DNA of 64,000 bases, from contig OZ316894.1 in assembly GCA_973895155.1 (NCBI GenBank), forward strand, positions 5,934,368 to 5,998,367, written 5' to 3'. This document shows, one piece after another, positions 1 to 11,700 of this stretch; the first letter of the stretch is position 1, and the number at the start of each line of letters is the position of its first letter. A program made the position numbers and the translations under genes. The notes below the pieces were generated by a model, which saw only the letters and a program-made list of their open reading frames with translations, made no database searches and had not been told where the DNA came from. The stretch is from Marsupella aquatica (taxonomy: Eukaryota > Plantae > Marchantiophyta).

Positions 1-288
1 TGATCCCTCCAGGCAAAACCACCCAATCAAAGGAGAACAAGGAAAAACTGGAGACACACCTAGACCCTACACATTCGATACATTTGATCATGAGCAAGAT
101 CTCAAGCAAGAGAGAAGACTAGTAGACGAGATCACTCCCCATAACAATCCATAGTAGACTTGACAAATGGGAATCAGTCTTTGTCATAGAATTACAACCC
201 AAAATAGGGTCAACCACAAAACCCACAGTGATTGACTAATTGGTGTTTTTTCCTTTTGAAGGACAAATGCTAACTCCAAGATAACCAG

Positions 289-303
289 TTATGGTGAACA
301 GTG
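289..303. mobile_element. Isolated terminal inverted repeat end (TTATGGTGAACAGTG), same TIR family as the MITE at 51219-51537
   Basis: 15/15 identity to the right TIR end at 51523-51537; no partner TIR found within 1-288, so the element probably extends left of the window. Confidence 0.4.
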
Positions 304-315
304 AGTATTGTCGAC

Positions 316-672
316 TAAATCCCAAACAAAGCTCGCCTCTACTCTCCTCTCCTCTCCTCTCCTCTCCTCTCCTCTCCTCTCCTCGCACCTGAGAAACGTC
401 GAGGTTGATTTCCTACTGTACATTGATTTGTCTGGTTCAGTTGTCGACAATCTTCAGCCCGAATTGGGAGCAGAAAGATCGCCTGTTTAATTGATGGCTC
501 ATGGCTCTTCGACCACAGCCCCAATCTGCTGGAGGATTAAATCCCAAACAAAGCTCTCCTCTCCTCTCACTTAGAAACTTCGAGGTTAATTTCCTACTTA
601 CTGTGCATTGATGCTTCTGCTTCAGTTTTCGACTCTCTTCAACGCGAATTGGGAGCAGAAAAATCGCCTTTT
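316..672. repeat. Imperfect direct duplication (about 316-490 and 538-672) containing a (CTCTC)n microsatellite
   Basis: Both copies run TAAATCCCAAACAAAGCTC...CGAGGTT...CGAATTGGGAGCAGAAA.ATCGCCT; the CT-rich tract is expanded in copy 1 (about 341-383). Confidence 0.85.
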
Positions 673-882
673 GGACCTTCGATTTGCTGCACTAACTGGA
701 GAGCCAGCTACATGCGCCGCGGCAGCAGCAGCCACGAACCGCAGCTCCCCCCCCCCACCGCAAATTGCCACTGCCATTGTCGACAACTAAAAGCCTTCGA
801 ATCAACCTTTTGCCTTGCAGCATGCTTGGATACAGTATTGTCCCGTAGTGGAAGGTGGAGCAAATCACGGCGCGTACTAAAA

Positions 883-2541
883 ATGGGGCGAAAGGAGTTG
901 AAAATTATACCTTCTACAGATGGAAATCGTACAGGTCAATTTGTGCCCCTTGCAACTGTTGTAGCTCTTGCAGATGCTGTCCTCTGTTGGACCGTTCAAA
1001 GTTGTCCATATTCTCCCAGACTCGCAGCATTTCCTTCTACAAGTCACGAAAAAGGCAATTAATACTGTCGTTTGTGCATGAGACTATCGCCGGTAGCAAT
1101 CGGTAGCTGCCGGTAGTGTTTTGAGTTTTGAACAGTCTCCAACCATACCCTGGGAGTGAACAGTGTCTCACCGGATTCTGGGGAGACGCAGCGGGTCTGA
1201 AAGGTAGTTCGGGCAGATATCGGGTGCGGATGGCGTAGTTTGTTGTTTACCATCTGATGATGAGAACTGTTAGAGTGGACGGCCCTGATATGATTGGGAG
1301 ATATCAACAGCCGAGATTGCAATACAAGACACTAAAGCAATCGACGGCCCACATTGTATTTCGTGACACAATCAACGTGCCACATACGCCACTCGTATTC
1401 CCGGGAGGCTTGTTGAAGAAGCCATCTCATATACGGTCTGGATATTGCCCACATTGTGTATCAACGGCCCACATCTGCCAATGGGTTGGCGAATGACGGA
1501 TGGTACGTAGCAATCACACATTTGAAATGTTTACTGTTGCTAACGAGTTTAGGGCCGGAGAACAGAGTTTTGGTTCGCACATTTTTGAATTTTTGGAACA
1601 CATTGCGAAGCGACATTGTGCATGTAGTGTGCTGCCAATTTGCACAATGTCCTATTCGATGGAGACGGGCGGAGGTTCTACGATCAGAGAAATTCACCGA
1701 GCTATGAGGGGTGGGCAGACAGTCACGTTTGGTCCATTGTTGGGGTACATTGTCAACTTCGATGCGCCGAATCCTTATCCCAGGAAGTTCAATTACCTAG
1801 CCTGTACCAGCATGAATGAGAAGAAGAATACTACATGTATGAAAACAATCGAAGGGCCTTACAAATGTGGGCATAACTCCATGGAGACAGGATGTTGGAT
1901 GGATCAGTTTAGGTTCGAACCGGTTTCAGCCTCTGCATTTTGACATTTTTTGTGACAAGTTTTGTAGCGACCTTTATTCTGTCGGTTGTCTGGTGTTTGG
2001 TAGCATTGCAAGTCATCTTCACGAATAAGGTAGTTGCACATTGCATTCCCTCATTTGGATTCCTTTTTTACAATTCAGGTTCGATCTGTTTTTCGTCGAT
2101 TGTGGAGTTGCAGAAGATTGCCCCCCGTTGCGCGCCACTGTGTTTGAGGCAGGACGGGCCCTGTTGAGGAATATAAGTGCAGGGGATTTCAGCTTGTTGG
2201 AGGAGGAAGCTCAAGTCGCGATGGTCCGAGGCATTACTGAGAAGATGCCATTCGTTGAGATTGTAGTTCGTGTGCAGGATCATGGTGCTGAGATCCAGCG
2301 TTTGTCATTTTTAAGGGAAGGAGTTGTGGCTCGCCGTACGCCTCGATCACGTCAAAAATATGTCATTTCAAGGCTCCCTCGAGATGATGTCGAGCCTAAA
2401 GAGGACAGCGCTGCAGTGTCACCAAATCCTGGGCGAGCGTCTAGCAGCTCCTTCGACCCCTCTGATTTTGAGGCCTTGAAACCAAGGGTTAAGGATATGG
2501 AATCTCTTTTGCAGTCCATAGATATTGGTGAAATTGAGTAG
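883..2541 (+). pseudogene. Degraded Cys-rich ORF of unknown function, probable cargo of the Mutator-like element
   Basis: ATG at 883 (MGRKELKII...), broken by several stops and frameshifts; Cys clusters CPHC, CACSVLPIC, C...YKCGH; probable intron ending at about 2078 before the last exon (RFDLFFVDC...). Confidence 0.4.
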
Positions 2542-3044
2542 GAGCTTCATTGAATACAGCAAAGTTTGCATTCAATCGTCTTCATGGCATACAGTTCTCG
2601 ACGCAAAACTATGTTGAAGTTACTGACATTTGAATTACCGCAATTAAATTTTTGGATTCCATGTTTATGTATTCTATGATACGTTGAAATCGAAAAACGT
2701 GCATCAAAAGGTTCCAGTGAGTGTTCTCGTTGCTGTATTTCATACGTTGTTTGGGCCACGTCTATCTACTCTAGCCATTAGGTCTTTCCTCCATGAAGAC
2801 CGAGACTTTCGGCAACGGCCGCCATAGCTCGAGTTGACTGTCCGAAAATGTAGCTGACGACCGAATTTTCAGGAGAAGATAGCGTTTGATTATCAGCCAT
2901 GCACCGCTTGTGTGTGCGTTGTGTTGCCAGGTCAGTCCTTTGGTAGTATATGGTATGTATGGCAACATCCATAGCTTAACCAGTTCATTTGAGGCTATCG
3001 CTCTGCATCGAAGGTTGTGTTGAACTCTGCCATTGTCTATTACA

Positions 3045-4321
3045 ATGTCACATGAAGGGAGTCCCGACTTGGAACAGCGGATTGCCATTAAGGGCTTCCA
3101 TTACACAAAGGTTAAGGATAGAGTGGGATATCACAGGTTCTTCGTATGTGCAATGGGCTCCTGTCGTCGAAAATACAAGTACGTAGGCAAGATGGAACAG
3201 CATGTTCGTTTGCACTTTTTTGAGAAGCAGAATAAGGAGTTGTGGCGTGATCCTGTGTGGACACTCACCACAAGAGTGAAAGACATGTGGAATCTAAGGA
3301 AAATCTATGTTCGGTCCTGCATTACTGCCAAGGCAAACCTGGCGTTCCCAGTGAGGCCATCGCCTCCCAATGTTGGGGTTATGCCTCCATTGATAGAGTG
3401 TATGAAGCATGTAGTCCTTCCTGACCTGCAGATGCATGCCTGGGATTCCTTGTTGGATAACAAGGCATTTCGTCAATTGAGAGCTCTAATTTGTAAGGCT
3501 GGGACCAGTAACTTGCTTTCTCAATGGCTTCCTCGTGTGTGCGAGTCGGTCAATGCCACTGAGAATCCAATTGGTAGTGAAGGTTACTTCTCACAGTTGC
3601 ACCTGAACGTGGTTGCTCATGCTCTGGGCCCCATGACAGCACAAAGTTTTGAGAATATGGATGAATCTTCTAAGGTCATCCTTAAGAAACATTCTGACCT
3701 TGTCTTGTTGTGGATCGAAGCCAAGAAGAAGGTGCTACAGTGGGAGTCCAGCACTGAATTGAAAGAGCAGAAGATCGCTGCCCAAACAACTTATGAAATT
3801 TGGAAACGAGATCACAAAGTTAGTACATTGCAGAGGATTCTGGACAACTTTTACCAGGCTCATCGTAAAGCCTTTCTAGATTATTCGCATGACACCACAG
3901 TGTTACATGTACTCCCTAACTCCTCTTGCATTGTGTATGTTTTGGCTTCTGCACCTACGTTGAAAGATGTTCTATGTGAACGCTGCAACTTGTGTCGGTT
4001 TTGATTGTTATTACATTTTTACAGGGAGAACTTGAGGTGGATATACATGATGATTTGGATGGTCCCAATGAAGTTGAATACGATCGTGCTCCTCGCCCGT
4101 ATCGACCGCCAAACGACCCTGACCGCATTCAGGAAAACAGGACACTTGGAGGGGAGCGGACATCATTTGCGTTGCAGTCCAGAGTGGAGTCCTCCCATGG
4201 CACAATGGAGCAGCCAATCGACCTCAGTGATTGTGATACACCTGACGCCTTGCCAGAACCGACGTTAGGGAAAAGACGTCTTCCTCCTCGTAGCTGCAAG
4301 GGTCGGACTACACAGATTTAA
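3045..4321 (+). CDS. C2H2 zinc-finger-like protein, probable second (MudrB-position) gene of the Mutator-like element
   Basis: 323-aa ORF with CAMGSC-x12-HVRLH C2H2 pattern; probable intron ending at AG 4024 into an acidic/NLS-like last exon (KRRLPPRSCK); convergent with the MULE transposase. Confidence 0.5.
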
Positions 4322-4583
4322 TGAGAAGTCGGTCTTAAAGGTCCATAAGTAGACGTCGGGGCGCGAAGTGTCTGCCTGCATATTTGCTTCCTAACGATGT
4401 ACACATTACACTGGAAAGCTTCAATTATAGTTCGTTTCCAGAGTAGTTTCATACAGCCAAACACTCATATGTAAGCTCTATTTCAGAAGATGTACGTTGA
4501 CTCAACATTCAAAATTGACCATTTTACTACATGATTGAAAGTCTCGGCTTCTGCTAGTTCTCTTTGTCATCGGCCACTTCCTT

Positions 4584-7500
4584 CTAGTAGGGGAATGCTG
4601 ATGCATTCCAGTACTGAAGGCCGTACACATTCGTGGAGGGTGCGCCAATCTTTAAGGGGACATTGTGAGGCCCCTGCGACATCCCATCCAAATATTTCGC
4701 AGGCACATTCAAATCTAAAACGGCGAATGGGCTAACATTGTCATTTGGAGTTGGACTTTGCATCATTGTTGTCTTTACAGCCATCGATTGCTTCTGCTTT
4801 CTGGAAACCCCTTTTCCCTTCTTTACCTTTTCTGGGATTGATGTGCCGTCTTGCATGACAATGACCTTCTGTTTACTTCTGCGACTTTGTTTACCTCCTG
4901 CGTTGTGCTCATTCGCTACTCTGTCCAGAAACTCTTGAGTGCTTTCCTTCACCACCTTCACCTTCGTGAATGGCAAGCAGTGCGCAAGGCGTTTTCTTTC
5001 TCGATCACTTCCTTCTGTTCTTTGGTCTGCCTCTTTGCCAATGGACGCTTTCGTCCTCTGTAAATATTGTCAACAATGCTCTGGTGCCTTTTCTGGCTGT
5101 TCTCTGGGTCTATTCGCTTTAAGGTCCTTGCCGTTGCACTTTGGAGCTCACGATCTCGCTTCCTTGCATTCCGTGCGACGATGTTCTTTATGTCATGCCT
5201 CCAATTCTTTAGTTTTGTCATTGCAATGCTTCTCATATTCAAGTCCCCATCACAATTCAGAAGTGTGTCACAGACAACTTCCTTGAAATCATCGTCCATG
5301 AATGCTTCAACAACATCTGATCTGCCATCCTGTTTCTCTGTTGAGTGCTCATCGAATCCATCACTATTGTCCATGGGGAGAGTGATGTTGAAACATGGAG
5401 GCAGTTCCACGTCCTCAAACAATTCTCCAAACTTTGGACTCTCAAATGTGCAAGTAGGTGCTACCATGCTGCCAAATCGTGTGCCAAATCTTTGCAGAAT
5501 CTCAATTTCTGTCATCCCCTTCATACTCAGAATCTTCACCTGGTGTTTACAAGTGTTCCCCTGGATGGAGCTTTCACAAGTGCAAATACACTCTTCACTG
5601 TCGTAGTTCTCGAGTATGTGACTGTCGGTCTTTGGTGGTTTCTGGGACTTCACCATTGCTGTTCCACTCTCAGTGAAGAAAGTCACATCACCATCCGGGA
5701 TTGTCCTGGCTCTAAGAATAGCCGACCACACATAGTTCTCAATGTTCTTGTTTCTCACCCTGCCTTGCCACTTCATACACGACAAGCACCAGAAGAAATG
5801 TTCAAGCTCATTCACTAGCTGTGTCACTAGCCACACTACCTTCCGTCCTAGCTTGAAAGGCTTCTCCGTCCTCAAGTGCAACTTAAGAGTAGCATGCCAC
5901 CGCTCCACTGCTCCATTGGTGTCCTGGTTGGCATGTTTGAACTTCCGGAAATTTCTGACCCACCTCTCCACTCTATGGTGCCACTCTTTCTCATAGTATG
6001 CAACAAAGTCCTTATGCTTGCCAATCCACCTTGTCATGAAGTTATGGGACATGTCCACAGCATCTGGAAAAATCCCAAGTGTGAAAACCCAAGTGTGAAC
6101 AAAACCCTAGTGTGAAAATAAACCTGGGACCAAACATGACCCCAAAAAATACATCCTTAAGAAACATCCCAGCAAATCGCACTGCCAAGTGTACCTGTTG
6201 CAAGTGCGCCCATGATGTGGCCCAACTCCTTATTCACCTCGGCCCTTGAAATTGGGTCCGGTATTTTCTTCAAGATGTTTTTGTATTGGGCATGTCGAAC
6301 ATGCCACAAACACAATACAATAGGGACTCCAGGCCATAGTGATCTGTCAAAGAATGAAACCCATATACTCATGAGGGGGGTATGTATGGGGCAGTTAAGG
6401 TCTAAGTACTGGAAAGATGAAAGGAAAACTTGGCAATGAAAGAGTAAGGGGTGTAAAATTACTGTACCAAGATAGGGAGGGACAACACATTGGAAATCCG
6501 ACTTCACATTTGGAATAAGGGGGTGCACTTAATGTACTGGTCGCATCTTGGGAAGTTTAGAGGGGTTTGGAAAAACAGCGTTTTTCCAAGAGGAGCTACA
6601 AAGTGGGGGGTTTTGGGACATAAATGGCAAAAAATACAAAGGCACTAAAGTTCCGGGAAAACAGGTGTATCTTAGGAAGGAAGAGTCATCTTCAAAAAAT
6701 AACTTCAGATTTGGAATCAGGAGGTGCTGCTTACTCTACTGGGTGAATTGGGGAAGTTTTGGAGGGGTTTGGAAAAACGGCATTTTTCCAAGAGGATATA
6801 GTAGGCCAAAAATGTTTAGCCACAAACATGGGGAAAAATACATAGGGAGTAAGCAAAATGTACAAAGGGAGGACAATTAAACCAATGAGGGTGAGGAGCA
6901 TGTCTTACATCAAGGCGTTGTGCTCCTCATCAGCACAATCAACAAGAAATGCCGAGGGCATCCACGGGTCTTGTAATTTGAGAACTTCAGTCCTGGTTCG
7001 TTCAACAGCTCCTTTCACAGCCTGAAGAACAATCCGCAAATCGGTTTCTGCCTTGGATTCCGTCCGCCCAACAAGTTGGGATGCCATTTTGCCATTCGTC
7101 AAAACACAACAAGGTGTGCAATTCATACTGCAAAAATTTCATGAAATATAGTTAAGGTTAGTGAATTGAATAGAAAAGATGGAAGTCATCTAAAATTCCA
7201 TCAGTCATACAAAACCCCAACTTGAAGAACTCGCCATGGAGTAAGAGAACTGACCCCATACTCATTTGTGCCAAAGGTTCCATCTAGTGCAAGAGCATTG
7301 TTGTGCCCAAGAGTTGCCATTTTGGTCATCATCCACTCAGTGGCAAACACAAAAATGAAGGGGGTTTTGGAGGAGTCATCAGGTTCTTGGTAAAAAAGTA
7401 CATTGCCACCATTTGCCTCAACCCACAACTTCAATCCAATCCTCTGAACTCCAATGTTCGTATTGCCTGTTCACCTCCCTTTGCACATTGTGTATATCTT

Positions 7501-8094
7501 TGAGGGACAAACACATATCTCTCGACCAAATCACCTGCCCATCATCTGTTGGATGGTCAGTCCGATATTGAACTCTGAGTTCCTCTCTGTGCATTTTCAT
7601 GATTCCTCTCGGAGACACCCCAGTCCTGAGCAGCCTCTGAATACTCCATTGAGATACGTGGAGCAATATGAGCACAATGTTGTAATGCTGTTGGGTCATG
7701 CAAACCATGGCAAATTTGGTGTGCATTGTCTGTGTGTTCCTTGCAATGCATCCGTAGCAGCACATCATAAGGTCGCTCCTTATACTTGAAGATGGCTGTG
7801 AAGTGCCATCTACACCCCCTTCTGAAGCTTCCTCCTATTTCTGTCGTTCTTCTCATAGGGACCTGTCCTGTGCTTTCATCTTTCCTTCGGATAGCAATGC
7901 TTGGCTTCACATTGTTCCTGTCATCTCTCGGACCGTGACTGACGTCCGTGCAGACCTCGCTCTGCACACAGTGTACGTGCCTGCCTCCACTTCGTAAGAA
8001 ATTCATAACATTTGTCAATGTCGAATCTTAGATTGGGTTCGACCTCTGGCTCGAGCAGTAGTTCATCTGAAATTTTGCTTTTCTTTCCCGCCAT
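4584..8094 (-). pseudogene. Mutator-like (MULE) DDE transposase with SWIM zinc finger; spliced and frameshifted
   Basis: Fragments in MULE order: LALDGTFGTNEYG (D1), AFLVDCADEEHNAL (D2), LCLWHVRHA (CxxH), DTNGAVERWHATLK (E), SWIM CICTC-x7-CKHQ. Frameshifts near 7990 and 4975; introns at about 6060-6160, 6345-6905 and 7130-7250. Confidence 0.85.
6490..6880. repeat. Two-copy ~200-bp direct repeat inside a MULE intron
   Basis: TTCA.ATTTGGAAT.AGG.GGTGC...GGGAAGTTT.GAGGGGTTTGGAAAAAC.GC.TTTTTCCAAGAGGA occurs at about 6503-6595 and 6703-6797. Confidence 0.75.
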
Positions 8095-8748
8095 TTGGAA
8101 TTGCCGCTGATAATGGGTGATTTCGGGTGGATTAGTGGTAATCGGAATCACTGTTCATGAGCCCGGCATTTCTTGAAACCTGGTTCGAACCATGCATCTT
8201 TGGCGACTGTTCACAGTCTAGGTGCGCAACACATACCAGGCGAATATGCACTGGCTGCAGCCCGTTGCCGGTACGTGTTCGAAAAAAACAGAAGAGGGTA
8301 AACGACGAGTATTCATGGTGGTTCTCGTGACTCGTCGAAGTGAATCTCGCAGCACTGCATGCGTAGGGGTGATGACAAGATGCACAGTGCGCTCTGCTAA
8401 CTTTGTCCGGTCTTGGGCTTAGGACCTTGCCTACGTACAGTAGTAATGCCATTGCGTGGGCAGATCATTTTGCAAACAAGAGTTGGATATAATCATACCG
8501 TTTTCCAACAATAGAATATTGAGACCTCGCTGAGCTTCGCACCCAGCTTCTCAACTCTCACAAGCATGTCTACACTTATGTTGTCAGGACTTGTCTCACA
8601 GTGAAGTGCTGCAAGGAGTCGATTACACACAGTCGATCAGTCTCGATTGTCGGAATTGCGATGCCAGCTTTGCTCATCTGATTATGATATATGTTCAATA
8701 TTGAAGAATGTCAGCACGCTAAAAGTTTGAGGACATCGTTTTCACGTC

Positions 8749-11700
8749 ATGGCAACGATTATTTCGGTCCCTGACGTCGCTGAGGGTGGCGAGGAAGCCT
8801 TGCAATGGTCTGCGGTCGAGAAGCTCCCAACTTTCGACCGGCTCCGAACCACGGTGCTGACGTTAGACATCAAGGATCATGGGAGGGAGAGACCGGTCCA
8901 GATGCGCGATGTCACGAAGATTACTGCAGAAGATCGACAACAAGTTGTCGACAGGATACTGCGCGTCACAGATGAAGACAATGAGCGCTTCTTGAGAAAG
9001 CTCCGTGGAAGACTGGATAGGTCCGTACACTCCTGTGTATATATATAGATACTGTCGCCTTCAAATCGTGAAGCACTGCTGCAATATAATTTTAACCTAT
9101 GATCCAAATGTGTGATTCTCATCGATCTGTACCTCGAAACCTGTGCATTTACATACTTTTCTGATGCTTTGGGAACATCAACAAGTCTTGGATATTGTAA
9201 GACGGTGTCAAGGTGAGCAGAGCAGTCAATCTCTCATGCCTTAAATTTGTCTTTCTCCATCACGAGGGTATTCGTAATGAACCGTATATCAACATACTGT
9301 AAGCGCAAGCGCAGAAGTCAGGTATGTAATTAGTGTACAACACTGGTCATGCACCTTAGTTGTGACATACTCTAATCTATCTTTACACACTTTGAGGTGA
9401 TCGAAGTCTACAAACCGTTCATGACCTATTCAGGATTCAGTAGAGTGAAGAAGTCTACAAACTGTTCATGAACACTTCAGTAGAGTGAAGCCATGATAGG
9501 CTATGATGTAAATTTTCTCTGGTACATAACATACTTAAATTTATGTTTAGAGTATCCTTGTGAGGAGGCATGAACGTGGGAGTCCAAGTAAAGGGAGCCC
9601 TTCGTAAGCACTCGTATTCGGGCTAGTTGTAGGAATTCTTGATCTTCCAAATTCTACACTCGTGAACTGTAGGTACGTGTGTCCGGCCCCGAGCCAAAGA
9701 TCTAAATTATTCTCAAGATTCTTAAGATTCTCGAGGCATCTCGTTGAAGCAATGCAAATTACGTTCCATCTAGTTGATCTGTTATTTGTGTTGTTGTATA
9801 AGTAATACGTTACTCAACATTATAATTGATGTCTTCGAGGATGTGAATGTATCCATCCAAATCTCAGCACGCATTTGTTTATCTCTTGCGTGACATTAAT
9901 TTGAGCCCATAGTTTGACGATAATGTGACAATCTGATTTCAGGGTGGGCTTGGATCTCCCGACGATCGAGGTTCGGTATGACCATCTGAAAGTTGAGGCA
10001 GAAGTGTACCAGGAAAGCAGAGCTACTCCGAGTCTCCCTAACTTCTTCAAATCTGTTCTGGAGGTCCGGCTCTCACTGTAGAGTTCAGAAACAGCTCTTA
10101 ACCTGTTATTAAGATTAGAGAATCGATTGCCAGATTTCCCGCTCAGATCTCTTTCGCTTCGATGCCAACAGCCTAAGTTCGTGAGTCGAGTCATTATTGA
10201 GCACAGTAAGTTGTGTAAACGTCAAACCTTGTTACTTGTCTGCGCGCAGTGGCCATTGCAAAAGCTTGGAATTTCTAAAAAACTGAAGGTGGACATACTC
10301 TCAGACATCAGCGGAATTTTGAAACCATCAAGGTTCACAATTGATTTCCCTTCTCTGGACTTCACTAAAATCTTCCCATCTTGTTCCATTTCCTTAGTTA
10401 ATCAACCTCCTAGTCGATTCTTTCAAAAATGTTCAGTTACTCGTACCAAGCTTTTCGTTCTAGGGCGTTGACATATCCTATTACTTTTCGTCCGTCCGAG
10501 AAACATGAATCTCACTGTTCTCCAGACTAGAGCAGCCAAGTTCTGGATTCACAGCAGATCTGAAGATGTACACAGGACTGGAGGGTTCACTTGTGGGTTT
10601 CCAAGAAATTGACTAATGAGCGACTTAATTTATATCTGCAGACTGACTTTACTCCTGGGGCCACCAGGATCAGGCAGGACTACTTTACTGCGGGCTCTGG
10701 CAGGACGGCTTAGTAGGGATCTTCAAGTAGGTTCTCTTTCCATAAATCCCTCAGAGGTTGCGATATGAGATCGAGCAGGAATCCAAGTCGAGTATATATC
10801 GTGCGAAAAGTTTATGAGTAATCTACACACAGTACCGCGAATCTGTCACTTGGACCGTGCTGACTGAGTAACTAATTAAGCTCCGTGGCCGTTGGAAGTC
10901 CAGGTCTCTGGAGAGATCACCTACAATGGACATCATATGAATGAATTCGTTCCACTAAGAACAGCAGCCTACATCAGTGAATATGATCTTCAGCTATCGG
11001 AATTGACGGTCAGAGAAAATCTTGACTTTTACTGTCGTGTCCAAGGTGTTGGTGATAAATACGGTGAGTACTATTTCTTATGATCGATATGACACCGTTG
11101 AACGGGGACGAATTTAGAAACGCCTCTATAGGGACGCAACTTGAACTAATTTCTTCTTTCCGATAGAATGGAAAGCAGCATGGAAAAAGGACTCTGATTC
11201 GATCCCTCCATCGTGACGCAGATATGTTAGAGGAGCTAACAAGACGAGAAAAAGAAGCAAAAGTCACTCCCGAATCAGATGTAGATTTCTATATGAAGGT
11301 GGGATCGACTAGAATCTGTTGCTAATTAAGGCATGAATTGTAAATCTGGAGATAGATATATGTTGGCACCGATGTGCGCGCTTTCTTGAGCGCTCATGTT
11401 CTTGAATTTCTGCACGTCTGTAAGATTTAATTAGATTACAAGTTGCAGTGATCTATGAAAAGGTAATTCTACTATCAATGACTGACTGCAAAACTTTCTT
11501 CCAATCTATATAACAGGCAACTGCCGTATCGGGTCAATCAACCAATTTCATAACAGCATACGTGATGAAGGTACGCAGTCCCAGATTTTCCTCTTTCCAA
11601 ATTAGTAAATTGAAATTTCTCGTACCAAGGAATATTCAATTCATACCTTTAGGAAGAAGAACATCTCATTCCATTTCTAAACTATGGGCGAATTTTGGGT

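Noticed and set aside
600-8500. TIRs/TSD for the Mutator-like element
   Set aside because: No convincing inverted match found by eye between the two flanks, so boundaries are not reported.
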